From assembly GCA_051313645.2 (NCBI GenBank), contig JBNRSN020000031.1:8184001-8248000 (forward strand): a stretch of 64,000 bases of DNA, in the 5' to 3' direction. The position numbers and the translations under genes are program-made. Below are positions 59,501 to 64,000 of this stretch, in pieces. The notes under the pieces were generated by a model. The model searched no databases. It worked only from the letters and a program-made list of their open reading frames with translations, and was not told the origin of the DNA. Origin of the DNA: Centroscyllium fabricii. Taxonomy: Eukaryota. The first letter of the stretch is position 1; every line of letters begins with the position of its first letter.

Positions 59501-62500
59501 GACTACCTATTATATTCACGTAATCACATGCTGAGTTATCATTGGCCCACAGGCATCTGTAAGGACTACCTATTATATTCACGTAATCACATGCTGAATT
59601 ACCATTGGCCCACAGGCATCTGTAAGGACTACCTATCATATTCACGTAATCACATGCTGAGTTATCATTGGCCCACAGGCATTTGTAAGGACTACCTATT
59701 ATATTCATGTAATCACATGCTGAGTTATCATTGGCCCACAGGCATCTGGAAGGACTACCTATTATATTCACGTAATCACATGCTGAATTATCATTGGACC
59801 AAAGGCATCTGTAAGGACTACTATTGTATTCACGTAATCACATGCTGAGTTATCATTGGCCCACAGGCATCTGTAAGGACTACATATTATATTTACGTAA
59901 TCACATGCTGAGTTATCATTGGCCCACAGGCATTTGGATGGACTACCTATTATATTCACATATTCACATGCTGAGTTATCATTGGCCCACAGGCATCTGT
60001 AAGGACTACCTTTTATATTCACGTAACCACATGCTGAGTTATCAATGGCCAACAGGCATCTGTAAGGACTACCTATTATATTCACGTAATCATATGCTGT
60101 GTTATCATCGGCCAACAGTCATCTGTAAGGACAACCTATTGTATTCAGGTAATCACATGCTCAGTTATCATTGGCCCACAGGCATCTGTAACGACTACCT
60201 ATTATATTCACATAATCACATGCTGAGTTACCATTGGCCCACAGGCGTCTGTAAGGACTACCTATTATATTCACGTAATCACATGCTGAGTTATCATTGG
60301 CCCACAGGTATCTGTAAGGAATACCTATTATATTCACGTAATCACCTGCTGAGTTATCATTGTCCCACAGGCATCGGGAAGGACTACCTATTATATTCAC
60401 GTAATCACATGCTGAATTATCATTGGACCAAAGGCATCTGTAAGGACTACCTATTATATTCACGAAATCACATGTTGAGTAATCATTGGCCCACAGACAT
60501 CTGTAAGGACTACCTATTATATTCACGTAATCACATGCTCAGTTATCATTGGCCCACAGGCATCTGGAAGGACTATCTATTATATTCACGTAATCACATG
60601 CTGAGTTATCATTGGCCACAGGCATCTGTAAGGACAACGTATTATATTCACGTAATCACATGCTGAGTTATCACTGGCCCACAGGCATCTGTAAGGACTA
60701 CCTATTATATTCACGTAATCAAATGCTGAGTTATCATTGGCCTGCAGGCATCTGTAAGAACTGCCTATTATATTCACGTAATCACATGCTGAGTTATCAT
60801 TGGCCCACAGGCATCTGTAAGGACTACCTATTATATTCAAGTAATCACATGCTGAGTTATCATTGGCCCACAGGCATCTGTAAGGACTACCTATTATATT
60901 CACGTAATCACATGCTGAGTTATCATTGGCCCACAGACATCTGTAAGGACTACCCTTTATATTCACGTAATCACATGCTCAGTTATCACTGGCCCACAGG
61001 CATCTGTTTGGACTACCTATTATATTCAGGTAATCACATGCTGAATTATCATTGGCCCACAGGCATCTGTAAGAACTACCTATTATATTCACGTAATCAC
61101 ATGCTGAGTTATCATTGGCCCACAGGCATCTGTAAGGACTACCTGTTATATTCACGTAATCCCATGCTGAGTTTTCATTGGCCCACAGGCATTTGGAAGG
61201 ACTACCTATTATATTCACGTATTCACATGCTGAGTTATCATTGGCCCACAGCCATCTGTAAGGACTACCTTTTATATTCACGTAATCAAATACTGAGTTA
61301 TCATTGGCCAACAGGCATCTGTAAGGACTACCTATTATATTCACGTAATCATATGCTGAGTTATCATCGGCCAACAGTCATCTGTAAGGACAACCTATTA
61401 TATTCAAGTAATCACATGCTGAGATATCATTGGCCCACAGGAATCTGTAAGGACTACCTAATTTATTCACGTAATCACATGCTGAGTTATCATTGGCCCA
61501 CAGGCATCTGTAAGGTCTACCTATTATATTAACGTAATCACATGCTGAGTTTTCATTGGCCCACAGGCATCTGTAAGGACTACCTATTATATTCACGTAA
61601 CCACATGCTGAGTTATCATTGGCCCACAGGCATCTGGAAGGACTACCTATTATATTCACGTAATCACCTGCTGAATTATCATTGGACCAAAGGCATCTGT
61701 AAGTACTACTATTGTATTCACGTAATCACATGCTGAGTTATCATTGGCCCACAGGCATCTGTAAGAACTACCTATTATATTTAAGTAATCACATGCTGAG
61801 TTATCATTGGCCCACAGGCATCTGGAAGGACTACCTATTATATTCAGGTAATCACGTGCTGAGTTATCATTGGCCCACAGGCATCTCGAAGGACTACCTT
61901 TTATATTCACGTAATCACATGCTGAATTATCATTGGCCCACAGGCATCTGTAAGGACTACCTATTATTTTCACTTAATCACATGTTGAGTTATCATTGGC
62001 CCACAGGCATCTGTAAGCACTACCTATTATATTCACGTAATCACATTCTGAGTAATCATTGGCCCACAGGCATCTGGAAGGATTACCTATTATATTCACG
62101 TATTCACATGCTGAGTTATCATTGGCCACAGGCATCTGTAAGGACAACCTATTATATTTACGTAATCACAAGCTGAATTATCATTGCCCACAGGCATCTG
62201 TAAGGACTACCTATTATATTCACGTAATCACAAGCTGAATTCTCATTGCCCACAGGCATCTGTAAGGACTACCTATTATATTCACGTAATCACATGCTGA
62301 GTTATCATTGGCCCACTGGCATCTGTAAGGACTACTATTGTATTCACTTAACCACATGCTGAGTTATCATTGGCCGGAGGCGTCCGTAAGGACTACCTAT
62401 TATAGTCACGTAATCACATGCTGAGTTATCATTGGCCCACAGGCATCTGTATGGACTAACTATTATATTCACGTAATCACATGCTGAGTTATCATTGGCC

Positions 62501-63899
62501 CACAGGCATCTGTAAGGTCTACCTATTATATTCACGTAATCACATGCTGCGATATCATTGGCCCACAGGCATCTGGAAGGACTACCTATTATATTCACGT
62601 AATCACATGCTGAATTATCATTGGACCAAAGGCATCTGTAAGGACTACCTATTATATTCACGTAATCACTTGTTGAGTTATCATTGGCCCACAGGCATCT
62701 GTAAGGACTATCTATTATATTCACGTAATCACATGCTGAATTATCATTGCCCACAGGTATCTGTAAGGACTACCTATTATATTCACGTAATCACATGCTG
62801 AGTTATCATTGGCCCACTGGCATCTGTAAGGACTAGTATTGTATTCACTTAACCACATGCTGAGTTATCATTTGCCGCAGGCATCTGTAAGGACTACCCA
62901 TTCTATTCACGTAATCACATGCTGAGTTATCATTGGCCCACAGGCATCTGTAAGGACTACTATTGTATTCACGTAATCAAATGCTGAGTTATCATTGGCC
63001 TGCAGGCATCTTTAAGGACAACTATTATATTCACGTAATCAAATGCTGAGTTATCATTGGCCCACAGGCATCTGTAAGGACTACTTATTATATTCACGTA
63101 ATCACATGCTGAGTTATCATTGGCCCACAGGCATCTGTAAGGACTACCTATTATATTCACGTAATCACATGCTGAATTATCATTGCCCACAGGTATCTGT
63201 AAGGACTACCTATTATATTCACGTAATCACATGCTGAGTTATCATTGGCCCACTGGCATCTGTAAGGACTAGTATTGTATTCACTTAACCACATGCTGAG
63301 TTATCATTTGCCGCAGGCATCTGTAAGGACTACCCATTCTATTCACGTAATCACATGCTGAGTTATCATTGGCCCACAGGCATCTGTAAGGACTACTATT
63401 GTATTCACGTAATCAAATGCTGAGTTATCATTGGCCTGCAGGCATCTGTAAGGACAACTAATATATTCACGTAATCACATGCTGAGTTATCATTGGCCCA
63501 CAGGCATCTGTAAGGACTACTTATTATATTCACGTAATCACATGCTGAGTTATCATTGGCCCACAGGCATCTGTAAGGACTACCTATTATATTCACGTAA
63601 TCACATGCTGAATTATCATTGGCCCGCAGGCATCTGTAAGGACTACCAATTATATTCACCTGATCACATGCTGAGTTATCATTTACCCACAGGCATCTGT
63701 AAGGACTACTGTTGTATTCACGTAATCAAATGCTGAGTTATCATTGGCCCACTTGCATCTGTAAGGAGAACCTATTATATTCAGGTAATCACATGCTGAA
63801 TTATCATTGGCCCACAGGCATCTATAAGTACTACCTATTATTTTCACGTAATCACATGCTGAGTTATCATTGGCCCACAGGCATCTGTAAGGACTACCT
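50545..63899. repeat. Large tandem duplication, period 6,650 bp (about 106 monomers), two near-identical copies
   Basis: Many ORF-track coordinates and rare variants repeat at exactly +6650 (51232/57882, 52578/59228, 53962/60612, 55694/62344, 56829/63479), with only scattered SNPs. Confidence 0.95.
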
Positions 63900-64000
63900 C
63901 TTATATTCATGTAATCACACGCTGAGTTATCATTGGCCCACAGGCATTTGTAAGGACTACGTATTATATTCACGTAATCACATGCTGAGTTATCATTGGC

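Larger units (their letters stand above)
27667..64000. repeat. 63-bp satellite tandem array, right arm (about 580 monomers; open at the window end)
   Basis: Same monomer and orientation. It resumes in exact register after the insertion (ACCT-ATTATATTCACG). Confidence 0.99.

Noticed and set aside
46-63973. Satellite-derived ORFs as real Cys/His repeat-protein or zinc-finger genes
   Set aside because: They occur on both strands, are broken repeatedly by 62-bp monomers and stop codons, have no unique N- or C-terminal domains, and lack C2H2 spacing.
1-64000. CRISPR array or other repeat-spacer system
   Set aside because: The whole 63-bp unit repeats with only point variants. There are no unique spacers, no leader and no cas-like ORFs.

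Overview
The window is almost entirely one eukaryotic satellite array of roughly 1,000 head-to-tail copies of a 63-bp monomer (consensus ATGCTGAGTTATCATTGGCCCACAGGCATCTGTAAGGACTACCTATTATATTCACGTAATCAC, about 41% GC), with frequent 62-bp deletion variants and many nested multi-monomer duplications from 125 bp to 6,650 bp. The hundreds of ORFs in the track are most likely by-products of a 21-codon monomer with one stop-free frame on each strand. The only non-satellite sequence is a 1,276-bp miniature LTR retrotransposon at 26391-27666 on the minus strand. It has two 245-bp TG...CA LTRs with 3 mismatches, a 4-bp ACCT target-site duplication, a tRNA-Trp-type primer-binding site, and one uninterrupted 216-aa ORF. 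That ORF appears to fuse a Ty3/Gypsy (CsRn1/Kabuki-like) Gag N-terminal region in frame to an integrase C-terminal tail, with no protease, RT, RNase H or integrase core. Paralogous empty versions of the insertion site occur near 55.2 kb and 61.9 kb. Protein family assignments come from recalled motifs, not database searches, and duplication boundaries are approximate.
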